Positions 51,095-64,000 of a stretch of 64,000 bases of DNA are shown piece by piece (position 1 is the stretch's first letter; every line of letters begins with the position of its first letter). The notes below the pieces were generated by a model that did no database searches, was not told the origin of the DNA, and was given only the letters and a program-made list of their open reading frames with translations. Source of the stretch: Pristiophorus japonicus (Eukaryota); NCBI RefSeq assembly GCF_044704955.1, contig NC_091997.1, forward strand, positions 45,384,001 through 45,448,000, given 5' to 3'. Position numbers and translations under genes: made by a program.

Positions 51095-51910
51095 ACAACA
51101 ACAATTTGCATTTTTATAGCACCTCTAACTTAGCAAGGCGCTTCACAGGAGTGTTCTCAAATGAACTTTAGCACCATGCCACATAAGGAAATATTAGGAC
51201 AAGAGTTAGGTTTTATGGTATGCCTTAATGGAGAAAGGGGCGGAGAGGTTTAGGGAGGGAATTCCAGAGCTTGAGGCCTAGGCAGTTGAAGGCATAGTCA
51301 CCAGTGGTGGAGTGATGAAACTTGGACGCGCAGTGGCCGGAATTGGAGGGTTGTAGAGGTGAAGGAGGTAATGGAGATAAGGAAGCGAGAGGCCATAGAG
51401 GAATTTGAAATGCACGCTCAGAATTGACACCAAGCTGCATAAGTAGAAACGAGCGCCGCTCAGAGGTATGTTTTAAGGAGCATCTTGAAGGACCGGGAGC
51501 CAATGTAGGTCAGCAAGTGCAGGGGTCATAGGTGAACAGGACTTGGTGCGAGTTAGGATTTGGGTAGCAGAGTTTTGAATGAGCTCAAGATCTTGTGATC
51601 TAGACTGATGTCATTTTGTAACTGCTCAAAAAATACAGGAGGGAAGGTCCACCTCTCTAACTATCTTTCCTCTAAGATGCTCCTTAAAACATACCTCTGA
51701 GCGGCGCTCGTTTCTACTTATGCAGCTTGGTGTCAATTCTGAGCGTGCATTTCAAATTCCTCCATGGCCTCTCACTTCCCTCGTTGAGCTGCGCTTATTT
51801 CTACTTATGCTGCTCGGTGTCAAATTATTATCGCATAATACTCCTGTGAAGCACCTTGGGACATTTCACTACGTTAAAGGCACTACACAAATACAAGTTG
51901 TTGTTGTTTA
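51095..51910. mobile_element. Two oppositely oriented L2 fragments (about 51095-51590 minus, 51650-51910 plus)
   Basis: L2 tails at both outer ends (caacaacaatttgcattt and atacaagttgttgttg). Confidence 0.75.
51381..51779. repeat. Inverted repeat with 106-bp arms (51381-51486 and 51674-51779) and a 187-bp spacer
   Basis: Manual comparison gives 104/106 complementary positions. Confidence 0.9.
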
Positions 51911-52629
51911 GTATTTTTGATGGCTGAACCGAGCTCTGTGTAGGACAGAACACTGGTGGCTGAGTTTGGGATTCATGGAGGATGGGAGGCCAGCAAGGAG
52001 GACATTGGAGAAATTGATAAAAACATGGCTAAAGGTTTCAGTGGCAGAGCGGCTGAGGTCAGAGCAAAGGCTTTGTCCACCCACAAAAGCACAGTTGAGA
52101 AAAAGAATTCTCTTGAGGAAGGTAGATGTTTACCGGCCTTTCTACCGTGTAGCACAGTGTGTTTTGATGGCTGCTTCAATTAGCTATATTTTTTTAACTT
52201 AAAAATGCATACATTACGGCATGCTTAAGAGTGTTACAGTGGGAGCATTGAGAAACCGATTCAATTCCGGCCACGCTTCAATCATATCATTGTGCTTGAG
52301 CTACAAATGTTTCCCCACAGAATGGGAATTGGAGGATCGGTCACCCAGCGCCATGCTTCAGCATCCACTAACCGGCTGTGACAAAGTGTCACTGGCAGTG
52401 GTTTGAGACCATCTCTCTCTCCATCCTGCCCCCTTGGCCAAGAAAAGCACGTGGTGCAAAATCTTTCCAAAGTTGGTTTAGAAAGGTTGTGTTTCCATCA
52501 TGACCACTGACTAGCAGGCTGCAAAGCCTTTTCAGCATTTTGTGACGAATGGAGTTGTAGTTTTAAACACTTGTCGTGTGATGGTATAGTCCTGCTCATC
52601 TTGCGTCCCTGAAGTTTTAGTGTCCTTTG

Positions 52630-54335
52630 GCGGAAGATGTGGGTATGGTTCTTAATGAATACTTTCTGTTTTCACGAGAGGGGTAATGCAGACACTGCTA
52701 TCGAGAGGAGTGTGAAATATTAGATGAAGTAAACATAATGAGAGAGGAGGTCTTAAGGGGTTTAGCAGCTTTGAAAGTGGATAAGTCCTCAGGCCTGGAT
52801 GAAATGTATCCCAGGCTTTTAAGCGAATTAAAAGAGGAAATGGCAGAGGCTTTGACCATCATTTTCCAATCCTCTCTGGCTTCAGGTGTGGTGCTAGAGG
52901 ACTGGAGGACTGCTAATGTGGTATCTTTATTGAAGAAGGGAGAAAGGGATAGACCGAGTAATTACAGGTCAGTCAGCCTAACCTCAGTAGTGGGAAAATT
53001 ATTGGAAAAAATCCTGAAGAACAGGATAAATCTACATTTAGAAAGACATGGTTTAATCAGGGACAGTCAGCATGAATTTGTTAAGGGAAGGTCATGTCTG
53101 ATTAACTCGATTGAATTTTTCGAGGAGGTAACCAGGAGGGTCATTGAGGGCAATGAATATGATGTCGTGTATATGGATTTTAGCAACGCTTCTGATAAGG
53201 TCCCACATGGCAGACTGGTCTCAAAAGTAAAAGCCCATGGGATCCAGGGCAAAGTGGCAAGTTGGATCCAAAATTGGCTGAGGCAGGAAGCAAAGGGTAA
53301 TGGTTGATGGGTGTTTTTGTGATTGGAAGGATGTTTCCAGTGGGGTTCCGCAGGGCTCAGTGCTTGGTCCCTTGCTTTTTGTGGTATACATCAATGATCT
53401 AGACTTGAATATAGGGGGGTATGATTAAGAAGTTTGCAGATGATACAAAAATAGGCTGTGTGGGTTGACGATGAAGAAAGCTGCGGACTGCAGGAAGATA
53501 TCCATCAACTGTTCAGGTGGGCAGAACAGTGGCAAATGGAATTTAATCTGTAGAAGCATGAGGTAATGCATTTGGCGAGGGCTAACAAGGAAAGGGAATA
53601 CATATTAAATGGTACGGCATTGAGAAGTGTAGAGGAACAAAGGGACCTTGGAGTGCATGTCCACAGATCCCTGAAGGTAGCAGGCCAGGTCGATAGGGTG
53701 GTTAAGAAGGCATTCAGAATGCTTGCCTTAATTAACCGAAGCATAGAATATAAGAGCAGGGGGAATTATATTTGAACTGTATAAAACACTGCTTGGGCCA
53801 CAGCTGGAGTACTGTGTGCAGTTCTGGTCACCGCATTACAGGAAGGACGTGATTACACTGGAGAGGGTACAGAGGAGATTTACGAGGATGTTGCCGGGAA
53901 TGGAGAATCTTAGCTTTGAGTACAGATTGGATAGGCTGGGTTTGTTTTCCTTGGAACAGAGGAGGCTGAGGGGAGACCTCATTGAGGTGTATAAAATTAT
54001 GAGAGGCCTGGTAATAGTGGATAGAAAGGGCCTATTTCCCTTAGCAGAGGGGTCAACATCCGGGGGGCATAAATTTAAAGTAATTGGGAGAAAGTTTAGA
54101 GGGGATTTAAGGGGAAATTTCTTCACACACAGGATTGTGGGAGTCTGGAACTCACTGCCTGAAAGGGTGGTAGAGGCAGAAACCCTCACCACATTTAAAA
54201 AAAAAAATACATGGATGTGCACTTGAAGTGACCTAGAGCTGGAAAGTGGGATTAGGCTGGATAGCCCCTTGTTGGCCGGCATGGACACATGGGCCGAAAT
54301 GGCCTCCTTCCGCACTGTAAACTTCTATGATTTTA
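52630..54335 (+). mobile_element. CR1 LINE fragment, RT region to 3' tail
   Basis: NYRSVSLTSVVGK, YMDFSNASDKVPH, tttgcagatgatacaaaa (FADDTK) and RGDLIEVYKIM. Confidence 0.92.
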
Positions 54336-54414
54336 TTATTAAGCCCCGTGGAGGTTTGACTGGTTGGTGAAAGTGGACTCTGAGGTGCATGTGAAGCTGG
54401 CAGAATATGCACAT

Positions 54415-54630
54415 TTCTTCTTGGGCAGTCCTTTGGAGTCGAGGATGACTTGATTCCACACTAATACGAGCTTTCAGGTGACTGATGAGTCCAATACGGG
54501 ACCTACAGTCTCTGTCACAGGTGGGGCAGACAGTGGTTGAAGGGGGATGGGTGGGTGGGGTACTTGGGTTGCCGTGCGCTCCTTCCGCTGTTTGCGCTTG
54601 GCTTCTGCGTGCTCCCGGCGAAGAGACTTG
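54415..54630 (-). mobile_element. RTE 3' fragment
   Basis: CPTCDRDCRSRIGLISH motif. Confidence 0.8.
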
Positions 54631-55384
54631 GTGTTTTTTTGCACAGTCTCTTCTATCGTTCACTGATCTGTCGTTTTTCTCCAGTGAGTGTCCTTCTGAA
54701 TTAGTAACCAGAGACTGAGCTCATGTAGGTGCTGGCATTTGCTTCCTCCTTATCTAAACAGCATTATCCATGTCTGGATGTTTTCCTGAGAATGTAGATG
54801 CTGTAGATTAGAGTAGTTTCATTGTGGTGCTTATTTGGGTATTTTTTTTTGTTGTTTTCTCTCTGCCTGCCTCGGGTAGAACTCTGCTTCCATCTTCTCT
54901 TCCCTTCCCCCCCCCCCCCCCCCCTCCCCCCAACGACACTGAATCAAGTGTAATGTTATCCTGCTTTCAGTCATTAGAGCTGACCAATTCCTCTGAAATT
55001 GATCTTCTGACCAATCTGGTTGAATTCCAGGCGAGGCCCCATGTATCCACCTTGAATTATTTCTGTTGTGTATACAAATGGCTGCCACCAAACACAACTG
55101 CTGTACACTGCTGTCCCATTGTACAAGTTAGATTTACAAACTACCCAAAACATTCTTGACCACTCCCTTACAGAGCCCTGCATTTACCTAATGTGGGAGG
55201 CTGGCTAAAACCGTGGAAATCGTGCAAGACCAGAACAGCAATGTTGGGACTCTTGCAGGAAGTAAGAACCAGAGGAAAAGTCAATCTAGTCCCTTCATTC
55301 GTCACTGATGGCTTATTTGCATTCTAGAACCACTTCCAACATCTGTAAAGGCCTAGTTCCCTTTCTGCTAAACTTTGCACTTTA

Positions 55385-55855
55385 TGTGGGTAGCACCCAA
55401 GATTTTAACGTAAACGGGGAGTTGGCCTTGCCTCAGTGGTGGCACACTGACTTCTGTCAGAGGTCGTGCGTTCAAGCCCCACTCGAGACTTAGCATACGA
55501 TCGACGCTGGCATTTTGGGGCCGCGCTGGGGGAATGCTGCTGGTCAGAGTTGCCGTCTTTTGGATGAGATGATAAACCGAGGCCATGCTATCCATCAGGT
55601 GGTAACAAAGACCCTATGGCACTTTATCGAAGAGCATGGGAGTTCACTTTTGTGTCCTAGAAAATATTTACCCTTCAAAGCCTAAAGAACTAATTGTGTG
55701 GTCATTTATTTCACTGCTGTTTGAGGGACCTTGCTGTGCGCAAATTGGTTGCTGCATTTAAATAGTGATTACGCTTCAAATGTGCTTCATTGCCTCAACA
55801 GTTTTTGAATGTTCTGCATTTGTGAAAGATGCTATATAAATGCAAGTTTTCTTTT
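55385..55855 (+). mobile_element. Diverged DeuSINE copy
   Basis: Head gcctcagtggtggcacac, gccgtcttttggatgag, and tail gctatataaatgcaagt. Confidence 0.7.
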
Positions 55856-55939
55856 ATAGTCTTAAAGGACCACTGCAGGCTGCTTGTTGCAACTGCGGAG
55901 CATTTCAATAGAATCCCAAATAATTCGAGTGTAATTGTG

Positions 55940-56965
55940 GTCATCATCGGCAGTCCCTCGGAATCGAGGAAGATTTGCTTCCACTCCTGAAGTGAATTTT
56001 TTGGTGGCTGAACAGTCCAATGCGAGAGCCACCGTCTCTGTCACAGGTGGGACAGATAGTCGTTGAGGGAAGGGGTGGGTGTGACTGGTTTGCCGCACAC
56101 TCTTTCCGCTGCCTGCGCTTGATTTCTGCATGCTCTCGGGGTTGAGATTCGAAATGCTCAACGCCCTCCTGGATGCACTTTCGCCACTTAGAGTGGTCTT
56201 TGGTCAGGAACTCCCAGGTGTCAGTGGTGATGCACTTTATCAGGGAGGCTTTGAGGGTAACATTTGTAACATTTCCGCTGCCCACCTTTGGCTCGTTTGC
56301 CGTGAAGGAGCTCCACATAGAGCACTTGCTTTGGGAGTCTCGTGTCTGGCATGCGAACTATGTGGCCTGCCAGCAAAGCTGATCAAGTGTGGTCAGTGCT
56401 TCAAGGCTGGGGATGTTGGCCTGGTCGAGGACACTGATGTTGGTGTGCCTGTCCTCCCAGGGGATTTGTAGGATCTTACGGAGACATCATTGGTAGTATA
56501 TTTCCAGCGACTTAAGGTGTCTTCTGTACATCGTCCATGCCTCTGAGCCATACAGGAGGGCGATATTCCTACAGCCCTGAAGACCATGAGCTGGGTGGTA
56601 GATTTGAGGGCCTGGTCTTCGAACACACTTTTCCTCAGGCAGCCGAAGGCTGCACTAGAGGCGGTGTTGAATCTCCGCATCAATGTCTGCTTTTGTTAAG
56701 AAGCTCCCGAGGTATGGGAAATGGTCCACATTGTCGAGGGCTGTGCCGTGGATCTTGACGACTGGGGGGCAGTGCTGTTCGGCGAGAACAGGCTGGTGGA
56801 GGACCTTTGTCTTACGGATGTTTAGTGTAAGACCCATGCTTTCGTACGCCTCAGTAAATACATCGACTATATCCTGGAGTTCAGCCTCAGAATGTACGTA
56901 GACGCAGGAGTCGTCCGCATACTGTAGCTCAATGACAGAGGTTGGGGTGGTTTTGGACCTGGTGG
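55940..56965 (-). mobile_element. RTE fragment
   Basis: ELQYADD, GLTLNIRKTKVL, FPYLGS and CPTCDRD motifs. Confidence 0.88.
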
Positions 56966-57924
56966 TAAATCTATGATCAGCTGCTTTGATCCACAAAGAA
57001 CATTAAGATGAAGTGATGGGTAGTCTCTTCTGTGGTCACCTGTTGAGGAGTGGGTCATATATTAAGCACTGTAAAGCCTAACTACTTTAATAACAGCAGC
57101 AACTACTTAGATTTTAGTGCCATCTGTGTAGGAGGAAAGAATGAGTTTCACAGAGGGAGAAAGCAATAAACAGTGAGCCTTAGTGGGAGAGATAGGAGAG
57201 GTGACCAAAATCATCAGATTGGCTTTCTGAGCTTTTTGAAGGTGATGAGAGAATTGGAGGGGTTTAGGAAGGGAGCTCCAGAAGGTAGTACCTAGTGGCT
57301 GAAAGTTAGTTGGGTCAAGTCAATTGATAGGCGATCAAGGGTAGTTAGTTGTGTTCATTAAGAATTTTTTGTTTTTGACAGAAAAGCTTTTTTGCAAACA
57401 CAGAGCTCCCTTGCAGTTCGTTTTGTGTAACCGTCATTCGGAGACCTGTGGCCACCCAGCACAAGGTGTTGGTGAATGTTCAGTGTGTTGATGCTTCGTG
57501 ACCGGTGAAGGCTTGGGTGTCTTGTCAGATTGCTGTAGCCAGTAAAGCAGCAAATCACAATGTAGCCTGTGAGCAATGACCCTTGTTCCGGGCCTACCTT
57601 CACTGATTGCAAACTTCACACTGAAGCTATTGTTGCAAGGTGCAAACATTCTTGGACACATTTCAACACTGGTGTCTGGCTGGTTCTAGTCAATGTTCCC
57701 GATAAGCAGTGCGTCTCCGTGAGAACTGTGAATGGGCCACACAACCCCTTTAAAGGGGTCAAGCATCCCAAAAGAAATGACGGAGAACACTGGTGCTGGT
57801 ATTTAAGTTTTTCTGCTCGGTGTGGTTTTTTTGTGTGTCTGCTGCCTCTGCACAACTAAAATAGTTTTTGCAGCTCTTTGAGCAGTCTGTGAATTATATA
57901 CTAAAACTACTTGGCCACAATCCC

Positions 57925-59900
57925 AACAACAAAAACAACTTGCGCTTATACAGAGCCTTTAACCTAGAACAACATGAAAAGGTGCTTCTCCAAGACCCAA
58001 TCAGAAACAGCTGGACTCTGACCAAAGGAAGGAGATATTGGGAAAGGCCACCAAAAGCTTTGACAAAGGTGGGTTTTAAGGACGTCCATCAAGGGGGAGG
58101 GAGAAGGGGGGGTGCGGTGGAGAGGGAGTTTGAGAAGTTTATGGAGGGAATTCCCTTCCTTGAGGTCTGGGCAGTTGAAGGCACAGCTGCTAATGGCAGG
58201 TTGAATGTGGGATACACAAGACCAGAGTCTGAGGAAAGCAGACTCCAGGGTAGAGTGGTTGTCTGGCTGGAGGAGGTTATGGAGATGGGGATATGGCCAT
58301 GAAGGGATTTCAAGACAATAATGAGAATTTTAAATTTGAGGCATTGGTGGGGGGGGGGGGGGCGCCTGGGAAAACTGGGATGATGGGTGGGGAAGACTTG
58401 GTGTTGGATAGGATACAGTCAGCGGCGATAAACTGAAATTTGCGGAGAGTGTTGATGCAAAACTGGCCAGAAGAGCATTCAAATAGTGTCTAGCGGTTAT
58501 AAAGGGATGGGTGAGGATTTTAGCAGTAGATGGGTGGAGTTGGGGGCCAAGGTAGGTGGTGATAGACGTGAAAGTAATCCGTTTTTATGCTGGAGAGGAT
58601 ATGGGATTGAATAGGACACAAGTTGCAAACAGTGTACTGCAGCCTGAGATGGTGGTCAGGGAGGTAAAATGGTAGCAATGGTCGAGTTTATGGCGGGGTC
58701 CGATTATGATGGCTTTGAATTTGCAATTTAACTGGCGGAAATTGGAGCTCATGCAGGGCTAATGTTGGATTAACAGCGTGAGAACTCTGCAACATGAAGG
58801 GGTTGAGACAGGTGGTGGGGGTCAAGCTGGATGTTATAAGTGTCTACGGATGATGTCACCGTGGGAAAGAATAGGGGATCCTTGGGCGACTCCAGCGGTA
58901 AGGCTTTTGGGGTGGGAAGAGAAGTAATTACTGGGGATGCTCTGGCTACAATTGGATAAGTAAGAATGGAACCAAGTGATGGCTGTCCCACTGATCTGGG
59001 CAGTGGAGGAACGATGTTGGAGGAGCATTGTCTTGTCAGTGTCAAAGGCTGAAGAGGTCAAGGAAGGATTATGTACCACAATCCCAGAGAATGTCATGTG
59101 TGACTGTGGTAAGGGCAACTTTGGTGCTATGGCAGAGACAGAAACCTAATTTGGAGAGTTCAATCGGAGTTGTGGGAAGATGGCCATGGATTTGGAAGGT
59201 GACAACATGTTGAAGGATTTTTGAGAGGAAAGGGAGGTTGGCGATGAGGTGGTAATTTGGAAGAACAGTGGGGTTGAGAGTGGGTTCATTGAAGAAGGGG
59301 GTATGTTTTGAAAGGAGGGGAACAGTACCTGACAAGAGGGAACCATTTACATTGCCAGGAAGTTGGGTGATCAACAGTTTAGTGGGAATGGGGGTCAAGG
59401 GAATAGGAGGTGGGTTTCATGGACAAGGTGACCTCCGAGAGGGGAGAAGCTAGAGTGAGACGTTGGTTCTGGGCTTGCGTGGGAGCAGACTGGGTCGAGG
59501 TTTGGTTTGGTGGGTAAGGTTAACTTGGGGAAAGCAACAGAAGTAGCTGAATGAATGGTCACAATCTTCATGACAAAGAAGTACATGTCCTCTTTGCATT
59601 GGATGGAGGTGAGCCTGCAGAAGGTAGGGGAGAGGGGTTTAGGCAGGATGAGTGTGGTGAGTTCAGAGAGGAGGGAGAACTGGGATGATGATTGAAATCA
59701 TGATGACTCACTTCGTACAGAGGCTGACGGGAAATAGTTTGCTTAGAACCTCGGGTAGGGACCGTGTGTGGATAACGGGAATTTTAATGGAAAGGTGAAC
59801 AGGAAACAAGACGAGATGTTCGAAGAAGTTGCTAACAAAAGAGCAGGAAGCGAGACCAAGATGTGACTTGGTGATGAGGGTCACACCGCTACCATAGCAA
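57925..59900 (-). mobile_element. Old degenerate L2-like LINE
   Basis: LPFLSKILQHVV, SSAFDT, WFHSYLSNCSQ and GVAQGS remnants. Confidence 0.75.
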
Positions 59901-59944
59901 TTTGGGTGGAGCAGGTGGTCGAAAGTCAGGATGTAGATGCAAAA

Positions 59945-61000
59945 AGAGCAACTTGTATTTATATAGCGCCTTTTAACGTAGTGAAACGTCCCAAGGCGCT
60001 TCACAGGTGTATTATGCGCTAAATATTTGACATCGAGCTGCATAAGTAGAAATTAGCGCGGGGCTTGGTCAAAGAGATATGTTTTAATGAGCATCTTGAA
60101 GGGCTGGGTGCTCTTTACCTTTCCTTCATTGTTCATAGGTTTATATGTAACCTTCAGGGCTGCTGACCGAGGGTCATGCAACTCTTTGTCGGCCAGCGCA
60201 GACACACTGGCTCGAAATGGCCTCCTTCTGTGCAGTAGATTTCTGTGTTTCTATGAAAAAGAGGCGGAGCGATTTAGGCAGGGAGTTCCAGAGCTTGGAG
60301 CCTAGGCAACAGAAGGCACGGCCACCGATGATTGAGCGATTATAATCAGGGATGCTCAGGAGGGCAGAATTAGAGGAGTGCAGACATCTTTGGGGCAGGG
60401 TGGGTGGGGGAGCTGGAGGAGATTAGAGATAGGGAGGGGCGAGGCCATGGAGATATTTGAAAATAAGGATGAGAATTTTGAAATCGAGGCGTTGCTTCAC
60501 CGGAAGCCAATATAGGTCAGCGAGCAAAGGGGTGATGGGTGAACGGGACTTGGTGCGAGTTAAGACATGGGCAGACGAGTTTTGGATCACAGCTAGTTTA
60601 TGTAGGGTAGAATATGGGAGGCCAGCCAGGAGTGCATTGCAATAGTCATATCTAGAGGTAACAAAGGCACGGATGAAGGCTTCAGCAGTGGATGAGCTGA
60701 GGCAAGAGTGTTACGGAGGTGGAAATAGGTGGCCTTAGTTATGCTGCGGATGCAATCATCCACAATAAGATCATGGATGACTAGGACCGCCTTCACGAGT
60801 GAACGGATATTCTGGAGGGAAATGTGGAGGGGCTGGTAATTGTTGATCAGCTGGCAGTGTCCAAAGGGACCATTGTGGATGGGGTAAGCAGGATGGTTGG
60901 GAGGTTGATGTGTTTGGCTCCCAGTGGGCATGCTAGTTGGGATGGCCGGCGAGAGAGGCGGATGTGGCAGTTGAAATTACCACTCGCGAGGCTACTGCAA
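59945..61000 (-). mobile_element. L2-like fragment with a CR1 3' tip inserted at about 60100-60255
   Basis: L2 tail caacttgtatttatatagcgcc; IRSITKATYFHLRN; the insert matches 17330-17445. Confidence 0.75.
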
Positions 61001-61879
61001 TGGGTATCTCAATGGGCACTTTGGGCAATGCCAAGCAAAGCACAATGGGGAACTGAGAGCTTATTCAAGGGAGATTCATGCTTGGGATGGCAGCAGGAGA
61101 GTGGGAAGGCAGAGGAGGAATGATGGGTTGGGGTCTGGATTGGAGGGGAAAAATATCCAAGAGGGGGGGAAATTGAAGATGGCATGATGTGCTGACAGGA
61201 AGGGAAAGAGATAGGAAAATGGTCTGGAAGGAGCCAAGAGGGGGGAAAAAAAAGAGAGCTACAAAGAATAGACTCTGGTCCAGAGTGGCAGCTAAAATGT
61301 GCAGCTGAATGGTCACAGTGGATTCGGGTTACATAGGCACTGCGGACCTTAGGGGAGAGATGTTTGGCCATAAAGGGAGGACAGGGAGGAGACCATACGC
61401 AATGGAAAGACACCCCCCCGATGGATTAGGATTTAAAACATCACTTCGTTTTTACTATTGTGGGGATTTTGGGGAACGGTTAGCTTAGCTTAGTCACATA
61501 CCCTGCTGAAACACTCTCTCGGCTCCTACATGAAAAATGTCCACTTGGCAGCAGTCGTTTGCAGGTAGCCATGCAACGCCACCAAAGGAAGAACCTTCAG
61601 GTGAGTACAGCACGAAATTGAAGAAGCTGCACTGCTTGGGGACACAATATCTGCGTGGTTTTTTTTATTGAGTTTTTAAGAGCAGGAACATGTGGAAGGG
61701 AGAGAAAAGCCAATGTGCTCTCTCAGTGGGATGAAGAAAATCAAACAAACATAACACAAAAGTAATGATCTTTGTGAAAGTAGGCCCAAAACACTGGTTT
61801 CCAAAGAGAACTGAGGATTAAATTACCCAAATCAGATGGCTCTTGCAGCTTCAAGCCGGCTAGCTGATTTGAATCCTTA

Positions 61880-62525
61880 TAAGAACGTAAGAAATTTGAG
61901 TAGGAGTAGACCATTTGGCCCTTCAAACCTGCTCCGTCATTCAATAAGATCATAGCTGATCTTGTGCCTCAACTTCATCTTTCTGCACCATGCCCATATT
62001 CCTTAATTCCCTTCGTATCCAAAAATCAATTGCTTTATGTCTCGAATATACTCAACAACTGAGAATTCACAGCCCTCTGGGGTAGAGAATTCCAAAGATT
62101 CACAACCCTTTGAGGGAAGACATTTCTCTTCATCTCAGTTTTAAATGGCCAACCCCTTATTCTGAGACTGTAACCCCCCTAGTTTTATACTCTCAGCCAG
62201 GGGAAACATCCTCCCAGCTTCTACCCTGTCAAGCCACTTAAGAATTTTATATGGTTCAATGAGATCATCAACATAGACCTAGTCTACTCAATCTCTCCTC
62301 TTAGTCCAATCCCCTCATCCCAGGTGTCCTTCCTTGGATAAGGAGACCAAAACTATACACTACTGCAGGTGTGGTCTCACCAAGGCCTTATATAATTGTG
62401 ATAAAACTATTTATGCTAATAGCTTTTATTACAAAGGGAACATGCCATTCTTCCTAAATTGCTTGCTGTAGCTGCATGTTAACTTTGTGATCTGTACAAG
62501 GTCCCAGTCTCTCACCATTTAAAGA
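61880..62525 (-). mobile_element. CR1 3' fragment
   Basis: CR1 3' end aggagtagaccatttggcccttc and body similar to 35241-35960. Confidence 0.8.
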
Positions 62526-62589
62526 TTTTTTGTAACAATTTGGATATCTTCTTGTGTCCTAATAGAAATTTGTAACTTTTTTTCCATCC

Positions 62590-63270
62590 CAATTTTCCCT
62601 CCGCTTTTTCATCTTGATGTTACATTGGCTCCCATTCCACCAATGCCTTGTTTTCTTTTTTCCTCATCCTTTGTTTAAATCCATCCATGACCTTGCCTCA
62701 TACTATCTCTGTAAACCCCCCCCCCCCCCCCCCCCAAGTCCAAGAACTCTATATTGCTCCAACTCTGGCCTCTTGTGTACCTCCCACTCCCTTCGCCCCA
62801 CCATTGGAGGCGTGCTTTCAGCTCTCTAGGCCCTAAGCTCTGGAATTCCCTCCCCAAACCTCTTTGCACCTCCACCCCTCTCCGCCTTTAAGACTCTGCT
62901 TAAAATCTACCTCTTCAACCAATTATATAGGGCCTTAGAGAGACCACACCTGGAGTAGTGTGCAGGTTTGGTCTCTTTACCCAAGGAAAGATTCCTGAGA
63001 TGAGGAATTTTCCCAAGAGGAGAGATTGAGTAGACTCCGCCTATGTTGGTGATCTCATTGAAACATACAAAATTCCGAAGCAGCTTGACTGGGTAGAAGC
63101 TGGGAGGATGGGAGTCTAAAACTAGGGGTCACAGTCTCAGAATAAGGGGTTGGTCACCTGTCCTAATGTTGTCATCTTTGGCTTGGTGTCAAATTTTGAC
63201 TGATTACGCACCTGTGAAGAGCCTTGGAAGGTTTACTATGTTAAAGGCGCAATATAAAAGCAAGTTGTTA
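62590..63270 (+). mobile_element. L2-like 3' fragment interrupted by a CR1 piece (about 62920-63155)
   Basis: LHWLP and TIGG motifs and L2 tail; cacctggagtagtgtgcag and ggtgatctcattgaaacatac CR1 motifs in between. Confidence 0.65.
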
Positions 63271-64000
63271 CTGACTTGTTGCTGGCGTGAGATTCCATTG
63301 TACCCACTGAGGCTCAGTACCTTGTGATTATTGATAAGAAACTTAATGGTGCGTGTCGGCAGGATTTTCAACTTCTGGTGGGAGCCCAATTCTTTCCTCT
63401 CTGCACACTTTTAGCAAGGGTTGCGAGTTACCAGCCCGAGTGGGAGCCCGAGCTGACTTTCTTAACTCTCTTCTCCCAACCAAATCCGTGGACATTGAAA
63501 GCAACTGGATGCCTTCTTACTGGCCTGACCGAGACCTCCTGTGTCAGCATAGGTCAGTGATTGAATCCGGAATGTTCTTGGTCGGGAAAGCTCAGCCACT
63601 CACTGGATAAGCCTGCTGAGTAATTGTAGGAACGTGGAATTTGATAAACTTATCCGCCCCACTGTTTTTCAAAGTCAAAGTCAATGTACCCCTCCCTTTC
63701 AAGTCCATGGCTTTTGTTTTTGACTGTCTATCTTGACTGGAATGAGTGAACTGTGGGTTTCTTCCACCTTTTTAAGCTATTGATGTACTGTGCTTGTCTG
63801 ACTGGGCAGGAGCTTGTTGTGATGGTCAGCTTTTCTCTGTCCAGACCCAGCGTGAAACGATGCTTTGTTGCCACCTCACTGACTGTATAATCGCACTGTA
63901 GAATGATGATTCTAAAATATACATTTTGCCTGTACGGTTATTGTGGGAAATGTATGGGTGTGGTAAGCATTACTGCATGCTATCGATCTGTCCTCTGTTT

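Noticed and set aside
1-64000. CRISPR array, rRNA, snoRNA or LTR retrovirus
   Set aside because: I saw no regularly spaced direct repeats, rRNA-like sequence, supportable snoRNA box structure, or gag/integrase/LTR signatures.

Overview
Vertebrate genomic DNA, most likely a cartilaginous fish judging by the repeat repertoire (CR1 LINEs, DeuSINE/SacSINE1-like SINEs, RTE and L2 LINEs); the species is an inference. The whole window lies inside one + strand gene, NSF (vesicle-fusing AAA+ ATPase). Four internal coding exons (200, 166, 75 and 188 bp, all with AG/GT boundaries and compatible phases) encode most of the D1 ATPase domain. I could not find the neighbouring exons, so the flanking introns are >28 kb and >15.5 kb. 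Most of the remainder is decayed, often nested retroelements, plus a family of GC-rich short-TIR elements resembling PIF/Harbinger MITEs. Nearly all ORFs in the supplied track are LINE fragments or antisense noise. I found no convincing novel gene system. The best leads are the MITE family and two MITE-derived candidate cryptic NSF exons, a 106-bp near-perfect chimeric inverted repeat, long inverted CR1 pairs, and two SINE-LINE tail-sharing pairs. Exon and TIR coordinates were counted base by base; LINE and SINE boundaries are approximate (tens of bp).
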